64,000 nt of DNA from Basidiobolus meristosporus CBS 931.73 (lineage: Eukaryota > Fungi > Basidiobolomycota). Below the pieces are notes generated by a model. That model did not search any database. It had not been told where the DNA came from and saw only the letters and a program-made list of their open reading frames with translations. Where the stretch lies: NCBI GenBank assembly GCA_002104905.1, contig MCFE01000216.1, positions 62,348 through 126,347 of the forward strand, in the 5' to 3' direction. Below, piece by piece: positions 1-9,609 of the stretch. The position numbers and the translations under genes were made by a program. Numbering within the stretch: the stretch's first letter is position 1; each line of letters opens with the position of its first letter.

Positions 1-721
1 TAACAAGGATTGGAAGCCTGTGGAAGACGGATACTGGTCAGTAGAAATGAAGATTCCCCTCGATCGACTTTCGGCCAGAGTTTTCGATTCCCTCGGAATA
101 AAAAAAAGAGCCGAAGAAACCTCAGCGATGCCAACATATATGGGGCTCAACTTTTTAAGGTAAATTATTGAGTCTTTCGCCTGCTTAAACGCTACTAAAT
201 AGGGCAACCTCCTTTACAGAACAGGGTTCCCACCTAAAGGAGTAGTGAACATCCAAGCACAGTCTACTACCGTGCAAAGCACGGTTTCGAGTTTCTTTTT
301 GTTTGGGTTGGGTAACTTCAACACGTTGTTGAAGCGCCATGAAGTTGGGCCCAAGTACCAAACCTCCTGGTCACCGCTACACTCAAATGATATACATCAT
401 CCCGAACTTTGGGGACAAGTAATGTTCCGGAACACAACGAACACCTACAAGCCATTTGTCCCGGATCAAAGTTATCCAACAAGATTTGCCCTGATGCAGA
501 TATACTACGGAGAAAAAGCATATGCCGCGACACACGACGGAGTGTACACAGAAAACTACCAGGATTTGGATATTGATGTGCAGCTAGTCGAGGATTGCAT
601 TGGGCCGCTTAAAATTCGAACATCGGATGACGGTGTCTCATACGAGGCATCTATTAGATACCGAAAGCAAACAGGACATATACGAGAGGATAGATATCTC
701 CATTTTACTGATAACCACTAA
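1..721 (+). CDS. 3' part of a spliced carbohydrate-binding family 9-like (DOMON-like) protein; 5' end lies outside the window
   Basis: Frame from nt 2 reads NKDWKPVEDGYWSVEMKIPLDRL...PTYMGLNFLR up to a donor ag|gtaaat at 160. The downstream ORF (245-721) has WSPLHSNDIHHPELWGQVMF and ALMQIYYGEKAY..HDGVY. These match, from memory, bacterial CBM9-like proteins (W.VE..IP, NF.R, WSP....H.PE.WG...F). Internal splice sites are not fully resolved. Confidence 0.55.
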
Positions 722-1088
722 TCTTGAGGATCCACCCGTTTTCTTGACAAAAATGCCTCTGTATTCATAGCTTAAACATTCTATCAGCATCCGGTCCGTA
801 TCCATGTGTGCTCAACGAGTATTGTTATGACCTGAAGTCGTAGCATACTGCTTTATTAACTCATTTCAAAAACTGAATATCCGATAAAATATCGCAGGCA
901 TTCCATGTCCCAACCACTTTTACTTTTAATTATACTTCTGGCCATTCAACTAGCGACTAATTGTGAATGCATTGTGTTAATGCTAAGCAGCTTTTGTGTA
1001 ATAAATACTTGATGTAGTAGATATTGCTTTATTTTAATTTTACATGTATTGTAATTACAAAACCTAGGAAACATAATATTCATATAAA

Positions 1089-3302
1089 TTACTCAAACAT
1101 TGGTCCTTCTTTGAGTTCAAAGGTGAATTTGAATTGGTCGTTTTCTACTCCAATATGAACAATCGCATGTTCCAGAAGTTGGCCGGAGAGCAGAGCACGG
1201 CTCAATTGTGTCACTAGATGCTTCTCAAGGAATCTACGCACTGGTCGAGCTCCATACGTGGGGTCGTACGAGAGTCGGAGTACAAGGTCCGACGCTGCAT
1301 CCGACATCACCAGATCTATGTCCTTGTCCACCAAACGCTTCGCAATGCGCTCCACTTGGATCTTCACAATGTCACGTAGGTTGTCCTGTGACAGCGGCGA
1401 GAAGACGATGATGTCATCCAGTCGATTCAACAACTCTGGTCGGAAGTGTCCCTTCACCTGGTTCATCACAAGCTGCTTCGTTCCCTCGTCCAGCACGCCT
1501 GCATTCTCCGGATTCCCGAGTGTGTTCAGGATCAGCTCTTGACCGACATTCGAGGTGAGAATGATCACCGTGTTGCTGAAGTCCACCACCCTTCCTTGCC
1601 CATCAGTCAACCGGGCGTCATCCAACACCTCCAACAGCACATTCAGAACTTGTGGATGCGCCTTCTCCACCTCATCGAACAGCACCACCGAGTAGGGCTT
1701 GCGACGAACCACCTCCGTGAGCTGGCCACCGTCCTCGTGTCCCACGTAGCCAGGTGGTGCTCCAATCAATCTCGCCACGGAATGGGACTCCATGTACTCT
1801 GACATGTCGATACGCACCATGTACTTCTCGTCGTCAAAGAGCTCTGCTGCGAGACTCTTTGCAAGCTCAGTCTTGCCAACACCTGTGGGTCCAAGGAACA
1901 AGAATGAGCCGATCGGCTGGTTCTCACGCGCGAGTCCAGCCCGTGACCGAAGGATCGCTTCTGACACTGCAGTGACAGCCTCATCCTGGCCAATCACCCG
2001 CTCCGCCAATTTGTTGCCCAGTGAGAGTAGGCGATCGATCTGCGTCTTGGAGAGACGGGTGACCGGGATTCCGGTCCATCTGCTCACCACCTCCATGATC
2101 TGCTCCGGGCCAACTATCTCCGTGAGTAGGCGATCGTTCGTCTCCACATCCTTCATCTCCTCGTCTTCTTGCTTCTTCAGGTCCGATAGCTCCGCAATCC
2201 GTTTCTCGATATCTGGGATGGCATAGTACCGGATATCGGCCGCCTGTGCCAAGTCCCGATGACGCTCGGCCTCATCCGCCTTGTGGCGCAGCTCCTCGAG
2301 TCGCTGGTTGAGCTGGCGAATCTCGTCCAGACTTCCCTTCTCTGTTTGATACTTCAGCTTGAGTGGTCGAAGCTCCTCCTCGATCTTGAGCATCTCCTCC
2401 TGGACTCGGTGAAGTCGTTGCTGACTTGCTTGATCCTTCTCCTTGCTCAACGCTGTCGCTTCGACCTCGAGTTGCAGGTGTCTGCGCTCAAGCTGGTCAA
2501 TGATCTCTGGCTGCGAATCGAGCTGCACTCGAGTGTTGGCACACGCTTCGTCCATCAGGTCAATCGCCTTGTCAGGTAGGAATCGGTTCGTGATGTACCT
2601 GTCTGAAAGCTGCGCTGCTGCCACTAGCGCCGTGTCGAGGATCTTCACTCCGTGGTGTGCCTCGTACTTCTCCTTGAGTCCACGAAGAATACTGATCGTG
2701 TCGATCACGTTCGGCTCTCCCACAAGCACTTGCTGGAAACGACGTTCAAACGCCGCATCCTTCTCCACGTACTTCTTGTACTCGCTCAGCGTGGTGGCTC
2801 CAATGCAGCGGAGCTCTCCACGCGCAAGCATGGGCTTCAACAGATTCGCCGCGTCCATGGAGCCCTCACTCTTCCCTGCCCCAAGGACGAGGTGGATCTC
2901 GTCGATGAACAGAATGATCGGCGTCTCCGAGTCTTTGATCTCCTTGAGGACTCCCTTCAGTCTCTCCTCAAACTCTCCACGGTACTTGGCCCCTGCGACC
3001 AGTGCTCCCATGTCCAGCGAGAAGAGCTTGCACTGCAGGTTGGTGGGGACATCCTTGCGAACGATTCTGGCTGCAAGTCCTTCCACCACAGCAGTCTTGC
3101 CGACACCAGGCTCGCCGATGAGCACCGGGTTGTTCTTTGTTCTACGGGAGAGGACTCGGATCACTCGGCGGATCTCTTCGTCACGTCCAATTACGGGGTC
3201 GAGTTTTCCCTTCTCTGCCATTTCGGTCATATCAATGGCGTATTTGGATAATGATTCGTAAGGACCTTGTTGGTCTGCTTCAGGTTGTGTGTAGTTACTC
3301 AT
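1089..3302 (-). CDS. HSP104: Hsp104/Hsp101/ClpB-family disaggregase lacking the N-terminal domain (737 aa, intronless)
   Basis: NBD1 Walker A GEPGVGKT and Walker B LFIDE, coiled-coil middle domain, NBD2 GPTGVGKT and LFDE, pore loop GYVG. Starts [21 protein letters not shown], only ~15 aa before NBD1, with ATG in aaatcATG context. Confidence 0.92.
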   Translation of the reverse strand: MSNYTQPEADQQGPYESLSKYAIDMTEMAEKGKLDPVIGRDEEIRRVIRVLSRRTKNNPVLIGEPGVGKTAVVEGLAARIVRKDVPTNLQCKLFSLDMGALVAGAKYRGEFEERLKGVLKEIKDSETPIILFIDEIHLVLGAGKSEGSMDAANLLKPMLARGELRCIGATTLSEYKKYVEKDAAFERRFQQVLVGEPNVIDTISILRGLKEKYEAHHGVKILDTALVAAAQLSDRYITNRFLPDKAIDLMDEACANTRVQLDSQPEIIDQLERRHLQLEVEATALSKEKDQASQQRLHRVQEEMLKIEEELRPLKLKYQTEKGSLDEIRQLNQRLEELRHKADEAERHRDLAQAADIRYYAIPDIEKRIAELSDLKKQEDEEMKDVETNDRLLTEIVGPEQIMEVVSRWTGIPVTRLSKTQIDRLLSLGNKLAERVIGQDEAVTAVSEAILRSRAGLARENQPIGSFLFLGPTGVGKTELAKSLAAELFDDEKYMVRIDMSEYMESHSVARLIGAPPGYVGHEDGGQLTEVVRRKPYSVVLFDEVEKAHPQVLNVLLEVLDDARLTDGQGRVVDFSNTVIILTSNVGQELILNTLGNPENAGVLDEGTKQLVMNQVKGHFRPELLNRLDDIIVFSPLSQDNLRDIVKIQVERIAKRLVDKDIDLVMSDAASDLVLRLSYDPTYGARPVRRFLEKHLVTQLSRALLSGQLLEHAIVHIGVENDQFKFTFELKEGPMFE
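1194..3253 (-). repeat. Left arm of a 2,060-bp inverted repeat (partner 4432-6491)
   Basis: Line-by-line reverse-complement comparison gave 12 mismatches in 2,060 bp (~99.4%), all synonymous third positions, and no indels. Confidence 0.95.
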
Positions 3303-3403
3303 GATTTTTTAAAGTCTTCTTTAAGAGGATAAGTTTCTAACGTGATAATGTACAATGTAAGTGAAAGTGAAAGTGATTTTTCATCAGTCGATTTCTTGTT
3401 TCT

Positions 3404-3413
3404 TTTATATGAA
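3404..3413 (-). promoter_or_regulatory. TATA box (TTCATATAAA) of the short HSP104 copy
   Basis: Reverse complement of tcttttatatgaag; ~100 bp upstream of ATG 3302. The same 10-mer precedes the long copy. Confidence 0.6.
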
Positions 3414-3449
3414 GGGTTGGTTCCTTTTTGATATACACTAGATACCACG

Positions 3450-3464
3450 AGAATTTCCTCGAAT
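3450..3464. promoter_or_regulatory. Three-unit heat-shock element with one mismatch (aGAAttTCCtcGAAt)
   Basis: Fits nGAAnnTTCnnGAAn with TTC>TCC; lies between the divergent Hsp104 genes. Confidence 0.55.
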
Positions 3465-3489
3465 AGCCAGGAGCTTGCATGATTCTCCG

Positions 3490-3504
3490 TGAATATTCTG
3501 GAAC
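3490..3504. promoter_or_regulatory. Perfect three-unit heat-shock element (tGAAtaTTCtgGAAc)
   Basis: Exact HSF consensus nGAAnnTTCnnGAAn in the 657-bp divergent intergenic region of two Hsp104 genes. Confidence 0.8.
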
Positions 3505-3889
3505 CATTGGCTAAACAGAGTAGCCAAATTCCGAGGATATATTGAATGACGATTGGCTGATGACTTACCAGTAGCGATTTGATTGATATGCAAACGTTCA
3601 TTTGAACGCGCTTCGAGTTAGTCATTTTCTTTTTATGCTAAAATTCTACGTCACTCCTTGGTACTCCGCCAAGGGAGACGTCAGGCTTACGTTGCTTTAG
3701 GATGCATATAATCTAAACCCAACTCTTTACCATGAGTAAGCCTCTAAGCCACTGTGTATCTAAATCGATTAACACGTGGTTAAAATCCCCCAGTTGAGAT
3801 TGTATTATCCAATCATTATGAGAGAGAACCTTCTCAACGTAACTGGTGGTTTGTGGAATTTACCTGAATGAATCAAGGACTGCTCTTGA

Positions 3890-3899
3890 TTCATATAAA
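3890..3899 (+). promoter_or_regulatory. TATA box (TTCATATAAA) of the full-length HSP104 copy
   Basis: gattcatataaat, ~60 bp upstream of ATG 3960. Confidence 0.6.
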
Positions 3900-3959
3900 T
3901 ATGATTCCGAGCAGATACAAATAACTTCAATATTCGAAATTTCGTCAGTCTCTTAGAAA

Positions 3960-6596
3960 ATGAATCCAGAACAGTTCACAGAAAAAACTCTAAAAGTCAT
4001 ATCCGCTGCTATTGAACTAGCTCGCGAACATGGCCACATTCAGTTGTCACCGATACATATAGCCTGCGCTTTGTTTAGCGACACCGATAACTTTTTGAAA
4101 ATGGCCATTCAAAAGGCTGGCGGTGACCCCAAGGTACCTGAACGTACTTTCGGTCGGTTGTTGACAAAACTTCCGTCGCAAAGTCCCCCGCCCGACCCAA
4201 GTTTATCTTCGCAGGCATTACAAGTCATTCAAGAAGCTCAAAAGATCCAAAAGGAAAACGGAGATTCCCACGTCTCTATAGACGTGCTTATTCGGGCGCT
4301 GGCAAAACAAAAACAAATCTCGGACGTGCTACTTGATGCTGGAGTTAGCCAAAAATTACTGGAGGCTACCCTAGCTAAAATTCGTGGAAACCGTAAAGTA
4401 GACAGCGCCACTACTGAAAATTCATATGATGCATTATCCAAATACGCCATTGATATGACCGAAATGGCAGAGAAGGGAAAACTCGACCCCGTAATTGGAC
4501 GTGACGAAGAGATCCGCCGAGTGATCCGAGTCCTCTCCCGTAGAACAAAGAACAACCCGGTGCTCATCGGCGAGCCTGGTGTCGGCAAGACTGCTGTGGT
4601 GGAAGGACTTGCAGCCAGAATCGTTCGCAAGGATGTCCCCACCAACCTGCAGTGCAAGCTCTTCTCGCTGGACATGGGAGCACTGGTCGCAGGGGCCAAG
4701 TACCGTGGAGAGTTTGAGGAGAGACTGAAGGGAGTCCTCAAGGAGATCAAAGACTCGGAGACGCCGATCATTCTGTTCATCGACGAGATCCACCTCGTCC
4801 TTGGGGCAGGGAAGAGTGAGGGCTCCATGGACGCGGCGAATCTGTTGAAGCCCATGCTTGCGCGTGGAGAGCTCCGCTGCATTGGGGCCACCACGCTGAG
4901 CGAGTACAAGAAGTACGTGGAGAAGGATGCGGCGTTTGAGCGTCGTTTCCAGCAAGTGCTCGTGGGAGAGCCGAACGTGATCGACACGATCAGTATTCTT
5001 CGTGGACTCAAGGAGAAGTACGAGGCACACCACGGAGTGAAGATCCTCGACACGGCGCTAGTGGCAGCAGCGCAGCTTTCAGACAGGTACATCACGAACC
5101 GATTCCTACCTGACAAGGCGATTGACCTGATGGACGAAGCGTGTGCAAACACTCGAGTGCAGCTCGATTCGCAGCCAGAGATCATTGACCAGCTTGAGCG
5201 CAGACACCTGCAACTCGAGGTCGAAGCGACAGCGTTGAGCAAGGAGAAGGATCAAGCGAGTCAGCAACGACTTCACCGAGTCCAGGAGGAGATGCTCAAG
5301 ATTGAGGAGGAGCTTCGACCACTCAAGCTGAAGTATCAAACAGAGAAGGGAAGTCTGGATGAGATTCGCCAGCTCAACCAGCGACTCGAGGAGCTGCGCC
5401 ACAAGGCGGATGAGGCCGAGCGTCATCGGGACTTGGCACAGGCGGCCGATATCCGGTACTATGCCATTCCAGATATCGAGAAACGGATTGCGGAGCTATC
5501 GGACCTCAAGAAGCAAGAAGACGAGGAGATGAAGGATGTGGAGACGAACGATCGCCTACTCACGGAGATAGTTGGCCCGGAGCAGATCATGGAGGTGGTG
5601 AGCAGATGGACCGGAATCCCGGTCACCCGTCTCTCCAAGACACAGATCGATCGCCTACTCTCACTGGGCAACAAATTGGCGGAGCGGGTGATTGGCCAGG
5701 ATGAGGCTGTCACTGCAGTGTCAGAAGCGATCCTTCGGTCACGGGCTGGACTCGCGCGTGAGAACCAGCCGATCGGCTCATTCTTGTTCCTTGGACCCAC
5801 AGGTGTTGGCAAGACTGAGCTTGCAAAGAGTCTCGCGGCAGAGCTCTTTGACGACGAGAAGTACATGGTGCGTATCGACATGTCAGAGTACATGGAGTCC
5901 CATTCCGTGGCGAGATTGATTGGAGCGCCACCTGGCTACGTGGGACACGAGGACGGTGGCCAGCTCACGGAGGTGGTTCGTCGCAAGCCCTACTCGGTGG
6001 TGCTGTTCGATGAGGTGGAGAAGGCGCATCCACAAGTTCTGAATGTGCTGTTGGAGGTGTTGGATGACGCCCGGTTGACTGATGGGCAAGGAAGGGTGGT
6101 GGACTTCAGCAACACGGTGATCATTCTCACCTCGAATGTCGGTCAAGAGCTGATCCTGAACACACTCGGGAATCCGGAGAATGCAGGCGTGCTGGACGAG
6201 GGAACGAAGCAGCTTGTGATGAACCAGGTGAAGGGACACTTCCGACCAGAGTTGTTGAATCGACTGGATGACATCATCGTCTTCTCGCCGCTGTCACAGG
6301 ACAACCTACGTGACATTGTGAAGATCCAAGTGGAGCGCATTGCGAAGCGTTTGGTGGACAAGGACATAGATCTGGTGATGTCGGATGCAGCGTCGGACCT
6401 TGTACTCCGACTCTCGTACGACCCCACGTATGGAGCTCGACCAGTGCGTAGATTCCTTGAGAAGCATCTAGTGACACAATTGAGCCGTGCTTTGCTCTCT
6501 GGCCAGCTCCTAGAGCACACGATTGTCACCGTTAATGCACAAGGGGACAATTTCGTATTTGACATGGAAACCAAGCAAGTCGCTATGCTCGACTAA
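3960..6596 (+). CDS. HSP104: Full-length cytosolic Hsp104/Hsp101 disaggregase (878 aa, intronless)
   Basis: Clp N-terminal double repeat ([10 protein letters not shown]...HLL-like motifs, HVSIDVLI) followed by two AAA+ modules and a middle domain. Confidence 0.95.
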   Translation: MNPEQFTEKTLKVISAAIELAREHGHIQLSPIHIACALFSDTDNFLKMAIQKAGGDPKVPERTFGRLLTKLPSQSPPPDPSLSSQALQVIQEAQKIQKENGDSHVSIDVLIRALAKQKQISDVLLDAGVSQKLLEATLAKIRGNRKVDSATTENSYDALSKYAIDMTEMAEKGKLDPVIGRDEEIRRVIRVLSRRTKNNPVLIGEPGVGKTAVVEGLAARIVRKDVPTNLQCKLFSLDMGALVAGAKYRGEFEERLKGVLKEIKDSETPIILFIDEIHLVLGAGKSEGSMDAANLLKPMLARGELRCIGATTLSEYKKYVEKDAAFERRFQQVLVGEPNVIDTISILRGLKEKYEAHHGVKILDTALVAAAQLSDRYITNRFLPDKAIDLMDEACANTRVQLDSQPEIIDQLERRHLQLEVEATALSKEKDQASQQRLHRVQEEMLKIEEELRPLKLKYQTEKGSLDEIRQLNQRLEELRHKADEAERHRDLAQAADIRYYAIPDIEKRIAELSDLKKQEDEEMKDVETNDRLLTEIVGPEQIMEVVSRWTGIPVTRLSKTQIDRLLSLGNKLAERVIGQDEAVTAVSEAILRSRAGLARENQPIGSFLFLGPTGVGKTELAKSLAAELFDDEKYMVRIDMSEYMESHSVARLIGAPPGYVGHEDGGQLTEVVRRKPYSVVLFDEVEKAHPQVLNVLLEVLDDARLTDGQGRVVDFSNTVIILTSNVGQELILNTLGNPENAGVLDEGTKQLVMNQVKGHFRPELLNRLDDIIVFSPLSQDNLRDIVKIQVERIAKRLVDKDIDLVMSDAASDLVLRLSYDPTYGARPVRRFLEKHLVTQLSRALLSGQLLEHTIVTVNAQGDNFVFDMETKQVAMLD
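4432..6491 (+). repeat. Right arm of the 2,060-bp inverted repeat (partner 1194-3253)
   Basis: As for the left arm; all mismatches lie between 4886 and 5927. Confidence 0.95.
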
Positions 6597-7061
6597 TAGC
6601 TTTACAAATGTAGCCACCCTCCAACATGATTTTGCCTTTATGTAAATTTTATCCGGTATATTATTGAATGTTATTTCTGATAATCATCAAGCATCATAAC
6701 TATAAATAAACATACACTATCTTGTAATTATTGAATACTCATAAATCTCGAGATGATTTTTTGAAACAAGACAGCTTCCGCAAGTTGATGTTTCAATATG
6801 CCCTTGGTTACACAACAGAGTAAAGTATATTCGGAAACTGTAACGTTACATTGGCTTGTGCATTACCTTTCACAAATTATCTCGTATGATACAATATCAA
6901 GCGGACAATTGGTTGATTTGGTGTTGATTATCTCTCTGTGAACCCCATCCTAAAGCGCAAGAACGTTGTTGTTTGTATCGTGTAGTACAAATAGTATATT
7001 TAGTTGCCTGAGAGATGATTTGGATGAATTACTGTTAGTTTATTAAGCAGGTAAAAGATGT

Positions 7062-8129
7062 CTAACACCATGGTCCAAATTTGAGATCCCAATAAGTCAT
7101 GTGGGAAATAATATCCACAGGTAAGTAACCACGGATACAATCTCTATCCTCAGTTAAGGAACCATCGTTACAATGGACAGTTTTACCGGTGAACCAATGA
7201 ATATAAACTTCATGAGGGGAATGTTGGAATCCAAAGGAGTCGGGAGGAAGATGGGGAACAGGGTCGTTCTTAGATGTAACACGAATCATGTTGTTACCAA
7301 TGGTGGAGTTGGAAAGTGTCTTGTATGCCAATTTAGCAAATTTTGGGTTCCCAACCCTTGGTTGCCCATAGGTACGCAAGAGGATATTCGCGGGATTAAT
7401 GGTTTTTGTTGGTGGTGTAATACAGCGTGGACTCTTCGGATTCAACAAATGGTTTTTGATCTCCATCGCACCAAGAACAGCTACTGCACCACCCTATGCC
7501 GTCCAAATACGTTAAAGAAATATTTTACAATGAAATAGGGATGGGTTCTCTTACCAGGGAGTGACCTGTCACTACGAGCTCATAATCCTCAGGATCACTG
7601 GGAAGTTGATCAACAACTTTCTTCAAGCCTTCAATGACATCTTCTGATACGCTGTTGAAGGCTTTTAAGAATCCGCCGTGAACCATGGTATCCTTTTCAG
7701 CACCAGGATAGGTAAAGTCCAACGGGAGGAAATCAAAATCGTGAAGCCAATTGCGAATGTTGGCTGATCTGTCAAGAGGAAACAATAAATATTGGTGCGT
7801 TGGTAGAAGTAGGAAACTCTTCGCACATACCCTCTAAATGCTACGATAATGGTCTTCTCTTTATGATTTACACCGACGTAGCCTGCTAGCCCGCTTAGCA
7901 AGTCAGAGAAATAGGAGGTTACTTTTACGTCTCCTACACAGCGACTGCCACAATCCCACTTCATTACACGGGACTTCAGGCAGTAACTGGCAGCGGCATA
8001 GTTACCATGGCGAATTAACATCTCCTTGGTCTGAGCGCTAACTACAGAACCATCACGTCTTGCTAGGGGAACTGCAGCTAGCGAAGAGATTACTGCACAG
8101 CAGAAAGTCAAGGTAGGAATAAGTCTCAT
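7062..8129 (-). CDS. Secreted class-3 triacylglycerol lipase (Rhizomucor-type), copy 1; exons 8129-7831, 7768-7555, 7493-7062
   Basis: Signal peptide MRLIPTLTFCCAVISSLAA; IVAFRG|S..NIRNW lid region; GHSL|GG nucleophile motif split by an intron; TYGQPRVGN; NDPVPHLPP; catalytic His in SHMTY. Two GT-AG introns of 62 and 61 nt restore the frame. Confidence 0.92.
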
Positions 8130-8372
8130 CGAACAGATAACCAAGTGTATGAGTTGTAGCTCTCTCTAGAGGTGACTATTTATAATAAAACGCGTTACCC
8201 AATGTTCCAAATACCCTACTTTCTACTTTCTTTTTCTTCCCATCTACATTCTCTGGATGTAGGTCAGGCTTTGATTTTAACGAATTCTATTGATGGTTGA
8301 AATGCACCTACAACTTGATTAAGAAGTTTGCGGCAATCTTCTCTGAGTTCGTTTATCTTGTAACCTTGAGAT

Positions 8373-8389
8373 TGCATATACACGTGAAA
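8373..8389 (-). promoter_or_regulatory. Conserved 17-bp E-box-containing element TTTCACGTGTATATGCA upstream of lipase copy 1
   Basis: Identical 17-mer at 54515-54531 upstream of lipase copy 2, in the same orientation relative to the gene. Confidence 0.6.
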
Positions 8390-9271
8390 GCACCCATATA
8401 ACCACGAAAACTGGTACGATGACCAGTTTGTCAACAATTGCTATTGCAGGATCATCAAGAAGCCCGAAAAATAAAAGACTCACGGAAAAACCATGAATAT
8501 ACTTTTGTGAAAGAAAATTAATCCGCTCGACGCTTTAGTGCTACTATTCTGAAATTTTTGCAGTAACGTAAGTTGGCATATTTGTTGTATTGGGATGTGC
8601 CGTCGTCGCCAATATCCATCTATGATTATAACTCAGCCCAGCTTGTTTGGAAGTTTATTATATAAATAGACCAGAAATTTAGATTAAATATTGGCCTACT
8701 TGACACAATAATATATGGCGTTGGTATTGGATCAATTCAAGGGTATTTTGCTAGCTCGCATTGTAATACAAGTAATATGCCTCTCCCCTGCCCAACTCAC
8801 CCAGAATTCCAAGTATTCTACCAACTGTTTCGAGAATCCCAAAACTTTGGCTTCCTAACTGTCGACTTTGCCGCTGAATTGTTTGAACGTTGCGTTTTCC
8901 GCTTATTGAAATACCCATTGCAGGATAACACTGATCATTTTGTCAAAGCTATGAGATTCATCACTTGAAAGTTTTAGTGCATCATGCCAGTACATCAAAA
9001 TCAAAGATATATCATAGGAGCCATCTGCCGCATCATATTTTCAGTTAACACGTTTCGATAAAAAAATGCTATTCCAGATGATTGAAAAAATCCCATGAAG
9101 CAAAGGTTAGCTCTTCATACTAGTGTTCTATCCTTTTCCCTTTCCCTATGTTGACAGGCTATTTCTGTTGATAATGTATGAGGTTGGTAGTGGTCAAGTT
9201 TTAAAATTTGCTTTGTGTTTATGCTATTCATAGTCTATGTTCCTTGAGTGCATCAACTCTCTACTTGATAG

Positions 9272-9609
9272 TGTTGTAGATTTCGTAATTACTCCTAAAC
9301 ATTCACCTAACTTAGTCGCTTAGATCATAGTCTACAAATCTTAGAGAATTCTGGCCAAATTCCTTGTTGGGATTTACTTGGAGTATTTCACCAAAGTACC
9401 AGGTACCCAGGGCATGAAAGTTGACCAAACAGCCTCAAACTTTGCGCACATGTTCTTGGGACCTTTCTAAACATACTCAACGTGTTTGTTTTGCCAAGAA
9501 CATGTAATAGTATAGATACTACTTTTACATTCAATAAATCATCAAGTGAAAACCACATAATCTACCTGTTCTCCCAATCACTTTCAGTATCTCCAAAACT
9601 TTTACAACT
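9272..9609 (+). mobile_element. Solo LTR (~338 bp) of the same Ty1/copia family as 56294-56625
   Basis: Starts TGTTGTAGA and ends TTTACAAC(T). Aligns over its length with the reverse complement of 56294-56625 (e.g. TACTACTTTTACATTCAATAAATCA..AAGTGAAAACCACATAATCTAC). Flanked by GATAG/AATAG, an imperfect 5-bp target-site duplication. Confidence 0.85.

Noticed and set aside
1194-6491. Pure assembly artefact or very recent duplication as the explanation for the Hsp104 inverted repeat
   Set aside because: Twelve strictly synonymous differences and diverged but alignable, in-frame tails argue for a real, old pair. Read-level confirmation is still needed.
1208-6574. Long antisense and alternate-frame ORFs (up to 272 and 334 aa) over both Hsp104 genes
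   Set aside because: They are mirror images of each other, lack recognisable motifs, and are the expected by-product of G/C-rich third positions in a conserved gene.
8320-8620. Minus-strand membrane-protein-like frame (FFRESFIFGLLDDPAIAIVDKLVIVPVFVVIW) upstream of lipase 1
   Set aside because: Interrupted by a stop, no family recognised, and it overlaps the lipase promoter footprint.
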